From NCBI GenBank assembly GCA_963555995.3, contig OY821641.1:1376001-1440000 (forward strand): a stretch of 64,000 nucleotides of DNA, in the 5' to 3' direction. Below, piece after piece: positions 1 to 9,106 of this stretch. Made by a program: the position numbers and the translations under genes. This stretch comes from Vicinamibacteria bacterium (GTDB lineage Bacteria > Acidobacteriota > Vicinamibacteria > Marinacidobacterales > Marinacidobacteraceae). Position 1 is the stretch's first letter, and the number at the start of each line of letters is the position of its first letter. Under the pieces are notes generated by a model that saw nothing but the letters and a program-made list of their open reading frames with translations, did no database searches and had not been told where the DNA came from.

Positions 1-1156
1 CCGGCCCATCGAGCTGGTCGGCCACGGCCGGGTGAAGGACCGGGCGACCTCGGATCTCTGGGTCTGGGAGGCCCCGAACGGCCGCGACTACGCGATGACC
101 GGCACTCACAGCGCTGCCGGCCACGCCTACATCTGGGACGTGACCGATCCCGAGAACCTCGACATCGTGGACGTGGTGCGGGTGGACGCCCGCACCGTGA
201 ACGACGTCAAGATCTCGGAGGACGGCGCGACCGCGGTCATCTCCCGCGAAGGGGCGTCCAACCGGCGGAACGGGCTGGTGATCCTCGACGTCTCCGACCC
301 CTCGACCGGAGTCCGAAAGCTCGCCGAGTACGACGACCAGCTCACCGGCGGGGTCCACAACACCTTCATTCACGCCGGACACGTCTACGCGCTGTCGGGC
401 GGCCGGCGCTTCGACATCGTCAACATCGAAGATCCCTCGGTGCCCCACCGGGTGGGCAGCTTCGCGCTCGACAACCCGGCGCGCTCGATCCACGACGTGT
501 GGGTGGTGGACGGCATCGCCTATTCGGCGAACTGGAGCGACGGGGTGGCGGTGATTGATGTGGGCGGCGCGGGCAAGGGCGGGACGCCCCAGGACCCGAA
601 GCTCGTGGGTCAGTTCCCGTTCCCGACCGGCTGGAACCACGCCGTCTATCCCTACCGGAGCGTCTCGACCGGCAAGTTCTACATCTTCGCCGGGGACGAG
701 GCGGCCCGCACCGGCCGCTACAGCCCGCTCGCCGAGATCGGCACCGGAACGCCGGGCTACGACGACGAGCCCACCCGCTGGCGCGGCTGGATCCACATCC
801 TCGAGTGGGACGAGAACTTCGAGGCGCCGCCCCGGCTGGTCGGCCGCTACGAGGTCCCCGAGGCCGGCAGTCACAACATCTGGATCGAGGACGACGTGAT
901 GTACGTGGCGTTCTACAACGGGGGGCTGCGCGTGGTGGACGTCTCGGGCGAGCTGCTCGGGAATCTCTACCGGCAGGGCAGGGAGATCGCCCGTTTCCTG
1001 CCGCTCGATCCCGAGGGCTTCCTTCCCAATGCGCCGCAGGTGTGGGGCGCCCAGCCCCACAAGGGCGTCATCTACTTCTCGGACCGGAACTCGGGGCTCT
1101 GGGCGGTGCGCCTCGGCGACCTGCCGGAGGAGGCCACCACCGACGCCCAGCAGTAG
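1..1156 (+). CDS. LVIVD-repeat / choice-of-anchor B type beta-propeller protein (5'-truncated)
   Basis: Frame is open from the window start (RPIELVGHGRVKDR...). Repeated GLVILDVSDP / FDIVNIEDP / GVAVIDV / GLRVVDVS units with HN/HD motifs (GGVHNTF, SIHDVW, GSHNIW). Confidence 0.75.
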   Translation, partial: RPIELVGHGRVKDRATSDLWVWEAPNGRDYAMTGTHSAAGHAYIWDVTDPENLDIVDVVRVDARTVNDVKISEDGATAVISREGASNRRNGLVILDVSDPSTGVRKLAEYDDQLTGGVHNTFIHAGHVYALSGGRRFDIVNIEDPSVPHRVGSFALDNPARSIHDVWVVDGIAYSANWSDGVAVIDVGGAGKGGTPQDPKLVGQFPFPTGWNHAVYPYRSVSTGKFYIFAGDEAARTGRYSPLAEIGTGTPGYDDEPTRWRGWIHILEWDENFEAPPRLVGRYEVPEAGSHNIWIEDDVMYVAFYNGGLRVVDVSGELLGNLYRQGREIARFLPLDPEGFLPNAPQVWGAQPHKGVIYFSDRNSGLWAVRLGDLPEEATTDAQQ

Positions 1157-1171
1157 GGGAGCGCCGCCGGC

Positions 1172-1334
1172 TTGGAGCGCCGGCCTCCGGCCGGCGCCCG
1201 CTGCGCGGAGCGCAGTGGAACCACGCTCCTACCCGGCCCCACCACCGTAGCGACCTGGAACGCCGACCTCCGGTGGCGGCGAGGATGCCTCGGAGCGCCG
1301 GCGTCCGGCTGGCATGGACCGCCGAGAGGCGGTC
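1172..1334 (+). repeat. Cluster of three REP-like palindromic elements
   Basis: GGAGC-GCCGGCC-TCC-GGCCGGC (1174-1195) followed by hairpin CTGCGC-GGA-GCGCAG. Degenerate copies at ~1256-1277 and ~1292-1334, the latter with second hairpin GACCGCC-GAGA-GGCGGTC. Confidence 0.75.
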
Positions 1335-1478
1335 GAGACCGCGTGCGGTTGCGTACCCGGATAGCACCCCGGCTTCCTCTGGCGCCTTTCCGTCGGTTTC
1401 TTTGAGAACGCCAACCATCGGGCACCCTGGCGGTCCCGGTGGGGAAAATGTCGCTCCAATTACGTATCGTGTGCAAAA

Positions 1479-3989
1479 ATGGATTGTTCATCGGCAGCTA
1501 TGGACGGTCCGCAAGTTTCTGATTCACAAATAAGGAACGTATCTGGTCGTGAAGGGTCCCTGAAGGAACTATCCCCGTCCTTCCGGAACGCGGCTCCCCA
1601 CTTCCTGCCCCTCGCCGTCTTCCCGCTCCTGGTGAGCGCAGCGCTCTACGGCGGCTGGTGGATCCTGGGCCCCTTCGTCTTTCTCTTCGTGAACGGTTTT
1701 GACGGCGCGTCGGGAAGGGAGGAGCGCAACATGGATCCGGACCGGGACCCGGATGCAGGGTTGTTCTGGTACAAGCTGTCCGCCTGGACCTGGGCCGCGC
1801 TCTGGCCGGCGACGCTTGCCTTCGCGCTGTGGCAGATCTTCGCGCGCGGTCACCTCGCCACCTGGGAGGCGGTCCTCGTGGTGGCCGGTTTCGCGGGCAA
1901 CGCCACCTCCGTCTTCACTGTCGGACATGAATTCATCCATCGGCGCGCGGTCTGGGAGCGCCGCGTCGGGGAGTTCCTGCTGGCATCCGTCTCCTATCCG
2001 CTCTACGCCACCGAACACGTCTATATCCATCACTCGCTGGTGTGCACGCCGGGCGACCCCGAGTCCGTGGCGCGCGGGGTCAGCTTCTGGCGGTTCCTTG
2101 CGAAGAACCTGCCCCGGAGTGTCATGAGTTGCTGGCGCTTCGAGCGCCAGCGACTGGCTCGCCGCCGCCTTCCGGTATGGCACTACTCGAATGCCTTCTG
2201 GCGGTATGCGATCGAGACCGCGGCGTGGTACGTCCTCGCCTGGTGGCTGGGCGGCGTTTGGGGCATCGTTGTCGTCGCGGTCCTGGGCGGCTCCGTGGTC
2301 TTTCAGATCCGGGTTTCGGACTACGTTCAGCACTACGGACTGCGCCGCGTCCGGCTCCCCGGCGGCAGGTTCGAGCGCGTCCAGCGACACCACACCTGGA
2401 GCGCCGCTTACCGGCTCTCCAACTGGCTCTTCTACAACGGCCAGCGGCATCCGGACCACCACGCCGCCTCCAACCGGCGCTACCCGCTGCTGCAGCACTG
2501 CGGTGACGACCTCTCGCCGCAGCTTCCGGCGACGTACGGAGTCATGAACGGACTGGCTCTGTTTCCCGAGCGCTGGTTCCGCACGATGGATCCCCTCCTC
2601 GATGAGGCGCGAGCGCGGTTCTATCCCGAGATTCAGGACTGGAGCGCCTACGACAGTGCGGCGTTCGCCGCCCGCCCCGGAGCGCTCGACGCCATTGCGG
2701 AGGTATTGGGCTCCGCGCCGGGACTCGCCGAGTGGATGAACCGGGCTCCCGAATTACTGGACAGCCTCCGGACGCGGGAGTTCACGGATCTGGACCTGCC
2801 GCCGGGCTTCGGACCGGACCCGGAATACGAAAGGATCGCCCGCCGCGGCCTGGCCCGCCTCTACTGGACCCGCGAACTCGGCGTGCGGGAGATGGCGGAG
2901 CAACTCGCCGAAGCCCCGACGCAGGACGCCGGCGAGGCGGTGGACGTGGCCCGGGAGTGGGCGAACGGAAAAGTGTTCCAACTCGCGGTGCACACGATGC
3001 GCGGCAACCTGACTCCGAGTGAGGCGGCGACGGTCGCCGGACGGGTTGCCGAAGCCGCCTTGGCGGGCGTCCTGTCCGGGGTATGGCAGGACTTCCGCGA
3101 CCGGCGTTCGCCGGGACCGGGAAGCGGGATCTGCGCCGTCGTGTTCGGGGAGCTGGCGAGTGGGGAAGTGCTGCTCGGCGGCCGGCTCGAGGTGCAGTTC
3201 GTTTTCGAGGGCGGGTCCCCGGAGTACTACGAGTTGCTGTGCCGGCGGTTTCGAACGGCGCTCAGGTCGTTGTCGCGCGACAACCTGTGGCTCGCCCCGT
3301 TGGCGCGCGCGTGGGCGCCGCAACCGCTGCGCTCGCTGGAAGATTTTGTCGGGGAGCGCGGATCGGGTATTCCGGTGGCGGACCTGCGGCGACTCCTGGA
3401 GGCGCGCTGTGTCTTCGCGGAGGGGAAGTCGGGGCTGGCGGAGCGGTTCGAGGCGGCGCGGCGCGATCTCCTGAGTCGCCGCGCCGTTCGTAAGGCGCTC
3501 CTCATCAAACTCCCACCCGCCGCGTCCGAACCGGGTCTGCTGTTGTATCGGGAGATGTCCGGTGGCTGGGAGGATGTGAGGCGGGCCGCCCGGTTCCTGC
3601 AACTGCAACATTCCGCCGAGTTCCCGGATTTGCTGGCGTCGGACCGAGCCGGCGTCTTCCAGGCAGCGGGTGGGAGCGGCCTGGTTCCCGAGGCGGCCGC
3701 GGAGCGGCTGGTGGAAGCCACCACCCTGTGGGAAAACCTCGGCGGCATCCTCCAGGTGGTTGGGGAAGGGGTGTTCGTGGCGGGGGCGACCACCGACCAG
3801 GTCAAGGCCGTGGTAGCGCAGGCCGCCGGTGAGGACGACTTCGAGGCGCTGACCGGACGGATTCACCGGGTAGCGGCGCGGACCGCGCGCGACCTCCAGG
3901 CGATCGACCCCAGGTTGGGCGCGAAGCTGGCTTCGTCTGCCTCCGGATTGCACGGCGGGGCCGCTTCCGGGATCCTGGACCCGCCATAG
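1479..3989 (+). CDS. AlkB-family alkane 1-monooxygenase / membrane diiron desaturase-hydroxylase fused to a degenerate GlnE-like domain (start may be ATG 1500)
   Basis: N-terminal TM helices and His boxes HEFIH, EHVYIHH, DYVQHYG, QRHPDHHA. C-terminal ~440 aa resembles GlnE (LGSAPGLAEWMNRAPELLDSL; VVFGELASGEVLLGGRLEVQFVF; GGWEDVRRAARFLQLQH). Confidence 0.75.
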   Translation: MDCSSAAMDGPQVSDSQIRNVSGREGSLKELSPSFRNAAPHFLPLAVFPLLVSAALYGGWWILGPFVFLFVNGFDGASGREERNMDPDRDPDAGLFWYKLSAWTWAALWPATLAFALWQIFARGHLATWEAVLVVAGFAGNATSVFTVGHEFIHRRAVWERRVGEFLLASVSYPLYATEHVYIHHSLVCTPGDPESVARGVSFWRFLAKNLPRSVMSCWRFERQRLARRRLPVWHYSNAFWRYAIETAAWYVLAWWLGGVWGIVVVAVLGGSVVFQIRVSDYVQHYGLRRVRLPGGRFERVQRHHTWSAAYRLSNWLFYNGQRHPDHHAASNRRYPLLQHCGDDLSPQLPATYGVMNGLALFPERWFRTMDPLLDEARARFYPEIQDWSAYDSAAFAARPGALDAIAEVLGSAPGLAEWMNRAPELLDSLRTREFTDLDLPPGFGPDPEYERIARRGLARLYWTRELGVREMAEQLAEAPTQDAGEAVDVAREWANGKVFQLAVHTMRGNLTPSEAATVAGRVAEAALAGVLSGVWQDFRDRRSPGPGSGICAVVFGELASGEVLLGGRLEVQFVFEGGSPEYYELLCRRFRTALRSLSRDNLWLAPLARAWAPQPLRSLEDFVGERGSGIPVADLRRLLEARCVFAEGKSGLAERFEAARRDLLSRRAVRKALLIKLPPAASEPGLLLYREMSGGWEDVRRAARFLQLQHSAEFPDLLASDRAGVFQAAGGSGLVPEAAAERLVEATTLWENLGGILQVVGEGVFVAGATTDQVKAVVAQAAGEDDFEALTGRIHRVAARTARDLQAIDPRLGAKLASSASGLHGGAASGILDPP

Positions 3990-4023
3990 CGCCATCCTTC
4001 CTTCGCAATCGCCGAAGCGGCTG

Positions 4024-4054
4024 CACGCGGCGTTCGGCGGGCGATGCATCCCGG
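4024..4054. repeat. 31-bp dispersed repeat, copy 1
   Basis: CACGCGGCGTTCGGCGGGCGATGCATCCCGG, identical to 6904-6934. Confidence 0.85.
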
Positions 4055-4082
4055 CGGGGCGGGCGCAAGGAAGGACGAACTC

Positions 4083-5288
4083 CTACAACTCCGCGTGTTG
4101 TGGGGTCGCGTCGGGGCCGAGGAAGGCCTCCACATACTTGGTGCCGGTGCCGGTGTTGAAGAGGACCACGGTGTCGTCTTCCGAAACGTCGCCCGCTTTG
4201 CGGAGCCGGCGCAGCGCGCTGAGACAGGCGCCGCCTTCGGGGGCGGCGAAGATGCCCTCGGCGGCGCCGATCCGGCGGGCGTCCCGCATGAGCTCCTCGT
4301 CGCTGACCGCGAGCGCGGAGCCACCGCTCGTCCGGACGGCCGCCAGGATGAGGAAGTCGCCGAGCGCCTTGGGGACCCGAAGTCCGGACGCGACGGTGTG
4401 GGCGTTCTCCCACATCGTGGACGCCTCCGTTCCGTCCTCGAACGCCTTCGGGATGGGGGCGCAGCCCTCGGCCTGCACCGCGATCATGCGGGGCCGCTCC
4501 GAACCGATCCAGCCGAGCCGCTCCATCTCGTCGAACGCCTTCCACATTCCGATGAGGCCGGTGCCGCCGCCGGTCGGGTAGAGGATCACGTCGGGCAGGC
4601 GTCCGAGTTGTTCGAACACCTCGTAGCCCATCGTCTTCTTGCCCTCGATGCGATAGGGCTCCTTCAGGGTGGCCACGTCGAACAGTCCCCGTCCCGGAGC
4701 CAGGTCGGCGATCAGCCGGCCCGCGTCGGAGATCAGGCCGTCAATGGGGTGGATCTCGGCGCCGTACACCGAAGCCTCGATCCGGTTCACCTCGGGACAG
4801 TCGCGGGGCACCGCGACGACGCACTGGATCCCGGCGCGGGCGGCGTAGGCCGCGGCCGCGCCCCCGGCGTTCCCCGCGGAGGGGAGCGCGATCCCTCGCG
4901 CGCCGAACTGGTAGGCGGCTGAAACGGCCATGCAGAGGCCCCGGTCCTTGAAGCTGCCGGTGGGATTCGTTCCTTCGTGCTTGATGAAGAGTTCCCGGAT
5001 CCCGAGTTCGGCCCCGAGGCTGGGGGCCGGGAGGAGCGGAGTCCCGCCTTCGCCCAGTTTCAGACAGTGTCGTTCTGCCTGGATCGGCAGGACCTCGTGG
5101 TAGCGCCAGAGGTCGAAGGGCCGGTCCCTGATGGCTGCGGGAGTGAATGTCGGGGCCGCCGCTTCGAGGTCGTACCGGGCCAGCAGGGGGTGTTTCTCGT
5201 TCGAGAGGTTCTGGGACGCGAAGGCGTCGTGGCGGTGCCCGGTCTTCGAGCACTCGAGGTGGGTGAGGTAGGAATACCGCGTGGCCAC
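4083..5288 (-). CDS. thrC: Threonine synthase (PLP fold-type II)
   Basis: KHEGTNPTGSFKDRG PLP-lysine motif, PSAGNAG, EPYRIEGKKTM, YPTGGGTG. Confidence 0.85.
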   Translation of the reverse strand: MATRYSYLTHLECSKTGHRHDAFASQNLSNEKHPLLARYDLEAAAPTFTPAAIRDRPFDLWRYHEVLPIQAERHCLKLGEGGTPLLPAPSLGAELGIRELFIKHEGTNPTGSFKDRGLCMAVSAAYQFGARGIALPSAGNAGGAAAAYAARAGIQCVVAVPRDCPEVNRIEASVYGAEIHPIDGLISDAGRLIADLAPGRGLFDVATLKEPYRIEGKKTMGYEVFEQLGRLPDVILYPTGGGTGLIGMWKAFDEMERLGWIGSERPRMIAVQAEGCAPIPKAFEDGTEASTMWENAHTVASGLRVPKALGDFLILAAVRTSGGSALAVSDEELMRDARRIGAAEGIFAAPEGGACLSALRRLRKAGDVSEDDTVVLFNTGTGTKYVEAFLGPDATPQHAEL

Positions 5289-5301
5289 TTCGGACAGGCT
5301 G

Positions 5302-5858
5302 CTAGACCGAGAGGATGCTGGCTTCCTTGCGGGACGCGATCTCGACGACCCGCTTCACGTGCGCGTCGGTCGCCTTCTGCACTTCCGCCTCGAGGTCGTG
5401 CTCGAGGTCCTCCGAAAGCTCCTTGCTCTTGACCAGCTTCTTGGCGCGCTGGTTGGCGTCGCGCCGCACCTGCCGGAGCGCGTTCTTGTGCTCCTCGGCC
5501 ATCCGGTTGATGCTCTTCGCGAGTTGCTTCCGCCGTTCCTGGCTGAGCGGCGGGATCGGAATCCGGAGCATCGTCCCGTCCGAGGCGGGTTCAGGTCGAG
5601 ATCGGCGGCCCGGATCGCCCGGTCGATCGCCGGCAGCAGGTTCCGCTCCCAGGGCTGGACGGTGATGGTGCTGGCGTCGGGGGTCTTCAGGGTGGCGACC
5701 TGGTTCAGCGGCATCAGCTGTCCGTAGTAGTCCACCCGGACCGAGTCCAGCAGGGCCACCGACGCCCGGCCGGTGCGCACGGAAGCCAGTTCGTGCTCGA
5801 ACACCTCGACGGTTTTGTCCATCCGGCGGTTCAGGTCGTCCAGAATCTGGTGATTCAT
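5302..5858 (-). CDS. frr: Ribosome recycling factor, split by an apparent 1-nt frameshift at ~5587
   Basis: N-half (ELASVRTGRAS...VQPWE...DLDLNP) in ORF 5355..5858. C-half (SDGTMLRIPIPPLSQERRKQL...RQVRRDAN) in ORF 5302..6315. Canonical position after pyrH. Confidence 0.9.
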
Positions 5859-5879
5859 CGCTTCCGCTCCCCCGCGGCC

Positions 5880-6611
5880 CTACTCCTCGTGGGCCGGCGT
5901 TTCGACCCGGGTGCCGACGTCGTCGCCCCGGGCTGCCTGTTGAATGTCGTCCTGGTGGCACACCACGATCGGGAGGTCGTTCTCCATGCAGAGCGAGATC
6001 GCGGTGGTGTCCATGAAGCGAAGCTCCTGCCGGATCGCTTCCAGGTGGGTGAGTCGGCGGATCGGGCGGGCCTCGGGATCCTTCTCCGGGTCGCCGGTGA
6101 AGACTCCCGGAACCCGGGTGGCCTTGATGAGCACGTCCGCGCGGATCTCGTTCGCCCGGAGCGCGGCGGCGGTATCCGTCGAGAAGTAGGGGTTTCCGGT
6201 GCCCGCCGCGAAGAGGGCGATCCGTCCCTTTTCGAGGTGCCGGAGGGCCCGGCGGCGAATGAAGGGTTCGGCGACCTGCCGGACGGTGATGGCGGACATC
6301 ACCCGGGTGTGGCAACCGAGCTTCTCGAGCGCCTCCTGGACGGCGAGGGCGTTGATCAGGGTGGCGAGCATCCCCATCGAATCCGCGGTGACCCGGTCCA
6401 TCCCCCGGGTCTCGGCGCCGAGGCCCCGGAAGATGTTCCCGCCGCCGATCACGCAGGCGGTCTCGACGCCGTCCCCGTGGACCGCGGCGATGAGCCGGGC
6501 CATCCGCTCCACCTCGCCCGGAGAGATGCCGGCGTGTTCCTCGCCCTTGAGCGCCTGGCCCGACAGCTTGAGCAGAACCCGGCGCGGTGGGTTCGGCCGG
6601 CTCCCGCTCAT
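5880..6611 (-). CDS. pyrH: Uridylate kinase
   Basis: RVLLKLSG, IGGGNIFRG, ADSMGMLAT, GTGNPYFSTDTAAALRA. Confidence 0.95.
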   Translation of the reverse strand: MSGSRPNPPRRVLLKLSGQALKGEEHAGISPGEVERMARLIAAVHGDGVETACVIGGGNIFRGLGAETRGMDRVTADSMGMLATLINALAVQEALEKLGCHTRVMSAITVRQVAEPFIRRRALRHLEKGRIALFAAGTGNPYFSTDTAAALRANEIRADVLIKATRVPGVFTGDPEKDPEARPIRRLTHLEAIRQELRFMDTTAISLCMENDLPIVVCHQDDIQQAARGDDVGTRVETPAHEE

Positions 6612-6773
6612 ACGGTCATGGTACGCGGCTTTCGCCGCGACCGGGCGCGAAAAGAGGGCCAGCGGTCAGCATCGTGCCCTGCGCGTCGCTTCTCGCCCTC
6701 ATGGGCCGGTATGCGGGAACGTCCCGCCGGGTCAGGTGGACGCCGAAGAAAGAACCATCCCGCCGGCCGGCGT

Positions 6774-6819
6774 CGCGCTGTCGCGCAGCGCGTGCCGGTC
6801 AGGGACCGGCGTTCCAAGC
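6774..6819 (-). repeat. REP-like double-hairpin element
   Basis: + strand reads CGCGCTG-TCGCG-CAGCGCG-T-GCCGGTC-AGG-GACCGGC-GTTCCAAG, the reverse orientation of the family consensus. Confidence 0.8.
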
Positions 6820-6903
6820 TGGCGGCGCAATCCGGGCTGTGCAGTTCCGAGCCGTGGCGGCGTCGACTCCTGCGACACGCCGCTAGCAGCCGGTGGCAAG
6901 ACC

Positions 6904-6934
6904 CACGCGGCGTTCGGCGGGCGATGCATCCCGG
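6904..6934. repeat. 31-bp dispersed repeat, copy 2
   Basis: Identical to 4024-4054 and in the same orientation. Confidence 0.85.
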
Positions 6935-6973
6935 TGGGGGCCTCGGCGCTCACGTGCGTTTCACCACAGGCTG

Positions 6974-7600
6974 CTAGAGCTGTTCGCCGCGCTCGAAGCG
7001 GACGAAGCGCCGCACCTGGATGTTCTCCTTGATCGCCTGCGCGGCTTCGAGGACCCGGTCCTGGACCCGCAGCTTCTTGGAGTCGTCGAGGGCGTACGGC
7101 TGCTCGAGGAGCACCCGCTCGGAGAGGAACCGGTCGAGCTTCCCGGACACGATGCGGTCCACCACCGCGGGCGGCTTGTTGGCATTCTTCGGATCCTGCG
7201 CCAACTGCGACCGGATGAGGCCGGTCTCGTCCTGGATCACGTCTTCGGGAACGTCCTCGCGCCGGACCCAGCGCGCCGGGGCGGGGTAGGCGCAGGCGAT
7301 GTGGATCGCCACGTCGTTCGCGAGGTCGCGGAACGTCTGGTTCCGGGCGACGAAATCGGTCTCGCAGGAGAGCTCCACCATCACGCCGATCCGGTGGTCG
7401 TGGATGTACGAGTGAATGAGTCCCTCGCTGGTGGCGCGTCCCCGACGGCGCTCGGCCGCCGCGGCGCCCTTCTCGCGCAGCAGGCGGATGGCCTTGTCGA
7501 AATCTCCGTCCGCATCCACGAGTGCTTTCTTGCAGTCGGCGAAGCCCGCTCCGGTCTGGTCCCGGAGTTTCTTGACGTCCTGGGCGCTGATGGCGGCCAT
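6974..7600 (-). CDS. tsf: Translation elongation factor Ts (short, ~208 aa type)
   Basis: VKKLRDQTGAGFADCKKAL, ELSCETDFVA, VRRFVRFE. Confidence 0.95.
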   Translation of the reverse strand: MAAISAQDVKKLRDQTGAGFADCKKALVDADGDFDKAIRLLREKGAAAAERRRGRATSEGLIHSYIHDHRIGVMVELSCETDFVARNQTFRDLANDVAIHIACAYPAPARWVRREDVPEDVIQDETGLIRSQLAQDPKNANKPPAVVDRIVSGKLDRFLSERVLLEQPYALDDSKKLRVQDRVLEAAQAIKENIQVRRFVRFERGEQL

Positions 7601-7666
7601 TGGGGAATCTCCTGTTGCAGCCGCCGGAACGGCGACTCTTCCTGAGGGTTGCTCGACGGCGCCCGG

Positions 7667-8653
7667 TCAGCCGGTGGTGGTCGGCGCCGGAGGGTCCGCT
7701 TCCGCGCCGGGGGCTTCCGAACTGGCGGCGGCGCCCGCGGCTTCGCCGGTGCCCGGGTCGAAAGCCGCGGAGTCGCTCGCCGCAGACGCCTCGCCGGAGG
7801 CCGCCGAGTTGCCCGCGTCAGGACCGCTTGCGGCCGCGCTGGCCGAATCGGAGCCGTCCGACCCCGCTCTCGCCGGACCCGGGGTGGCGGCTTCGGAGGC
7901 AGGAGTGGCATCGGCCGCCCCGTCCGGCGCCGCCCCGTCCCCATCGGCCCCGAAGGCCGTCAACCCGCGAAGCTGCCGGCCATCCTCGAACGCGCTGGCA
8001 ACGCGCTCGGCGAACAGGCGGATCGCCCGGAGCGCGTCGTCGTTCCCCGGGATCACGTAGTCGATGAGGTCGGGGTCGCAGTCGGTGTCCACGATGGCCA
8101 CGATCGGGATTCCGAGTTTTTTCGCTTCCTGAACCGCGATCATCTCGTTCTTGGGATCCACGATACAGACGGCGTCGGGCAGCCGATCCATCTTTTCGAT
8201 GCCGCTCAGTGTCTTTTCCATCCGCCGCCGGCGCTTGTCGAGACGCGACCACGCCTTGTTCGAGAAGCCGCCCTGATCGGCGTTCTCGGTGATCTCCCGA
8301 AGCTCCTGGAACTTGGCGATGCTCTTGCGGATGGTCTGGAAGTTGGTGAGCAGTCCCCCGAGCCACCGGTGGTTCACGTAGAACGCCTCCACCCGGGCGG
8401 CTTCCGAGGCGATGACCTCCTGCGCCTGGCGTTTGGTGCCGACGAAGAGGATCGTCTTGCCCTCGGCCCCGAGCTTCGAGATGAAGTGGAGCGCATCCCG
8501 GAAGAGCGGCAGCGTCTGGTTGAGGTCCACGATGTGGATCCCGCTCCGCGATCCATAGATGTACGGCCGCATCCGCGGGTTCCACCACTTCGTCTCGTGT
8601 CCGAAGTGGAGCCCTGCTTCCAGCAGGTCCCGCATCGTTACGGTCGTGGACAT
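7667..8653 (-). CDS. rpsB: 30S ribosomal protein S2 with Ala/Asp/Ser-rich C-terminal tail
   Basis: LLEAGLHFGHET..WNPRM, RWLGGLLTNF, DTDCDP, IPGNDDA. Confidence 0.97.
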   Translation of the reverse strand: MSTTVTMRDLLEAGLHFGHETKWWNPRMRPYIYGSRSGIHIVDLNQTLPLFRDALHFISKLGAEGKTILFVGTKRQAQEVIASEAARVEAFYVNHRWLGGLLTNFQTIRKSIAKFQELREITENADQGGFSNKAWSRLDKRRRRMEKTLSGIEKMDRLPDAVCIVDPKNEMIAVQEAKKLGIPIVAIVDTDCDPDLIDYVIPGNDDALRAIRLFAERVASAFEDGRQLRGLTAFGADGDGAAPDGAADATPASEAATPGPARAGSDGSDSASAAASGPDAGNSAASGEASAASDSAAFDPGTGEAAGAAASSEAPGAEADPPAPTTTG

Positions 8654-8713
8654 CGGACTAGCGGCAGGCGGAGGCCCGCCAGCGGAGGCTCGGAAGCAGC
8701 GGGGGGGCCATCG

Positions 8714-9106
8714 TCAGCGCTTGGAGTACTGGAAGCGCTTCCGGGCGCCCGGCTGTCCGTATTTCTTGCGCTCCTTGCGCCGCGCGTCCCGGGTGAGGAA
8801 ACCCCGGCGCTTGAGCTCCGGCCGCAGCCGTCCGTCGCCCGCGCTCAGAGCCCGGGCGATGCCGAGCCGCACTGCCGCCGCCTGTCCGGACAATCCGCCG
8901 CCCTTGACGCGGGCGTCCACGTCCACCGCGGTGCCGCGGTCGGTGGCGAGCAGCGGCTGGGTAACCCAGTTCTGGTATGCCTCTCGCGGGAAGTAGTCGG
9001 CGAGGGGCCGCTGGTTCACCAGGATCTCGCCGGAGCCGCTCCGGAGGTACACCCGGGCGATGGAACTCTTCCGCTTGCCGGTCCCGTAGGCGAGGGGTTC
9101 GGGCAT
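8714..9106 (-). CDS. rpsI: 30S ribosomal protein S9
   Basis: GTGKRKSSIARV, GGGLSGQA, ERKKYGQPGARKRFQYSKR. Confidence 0.97.
   Translation of the reverse strand: MPEPLAYGTGKRKSSIARVYLRSGSGEILVNQRPLADYFPREAYQNWVTQPLLATDRGTAVDVDARVKGGGLSGQAAAVRLGIARALSAGDGRLRPELKRRGFLTRDARRKERKKYGQPGARKRFQYSKR

Noticed and set aside
6974-8653. Short EF-Ts and long low-complexity S2 tail
   Set aside because: Both variants are known in several phyla.
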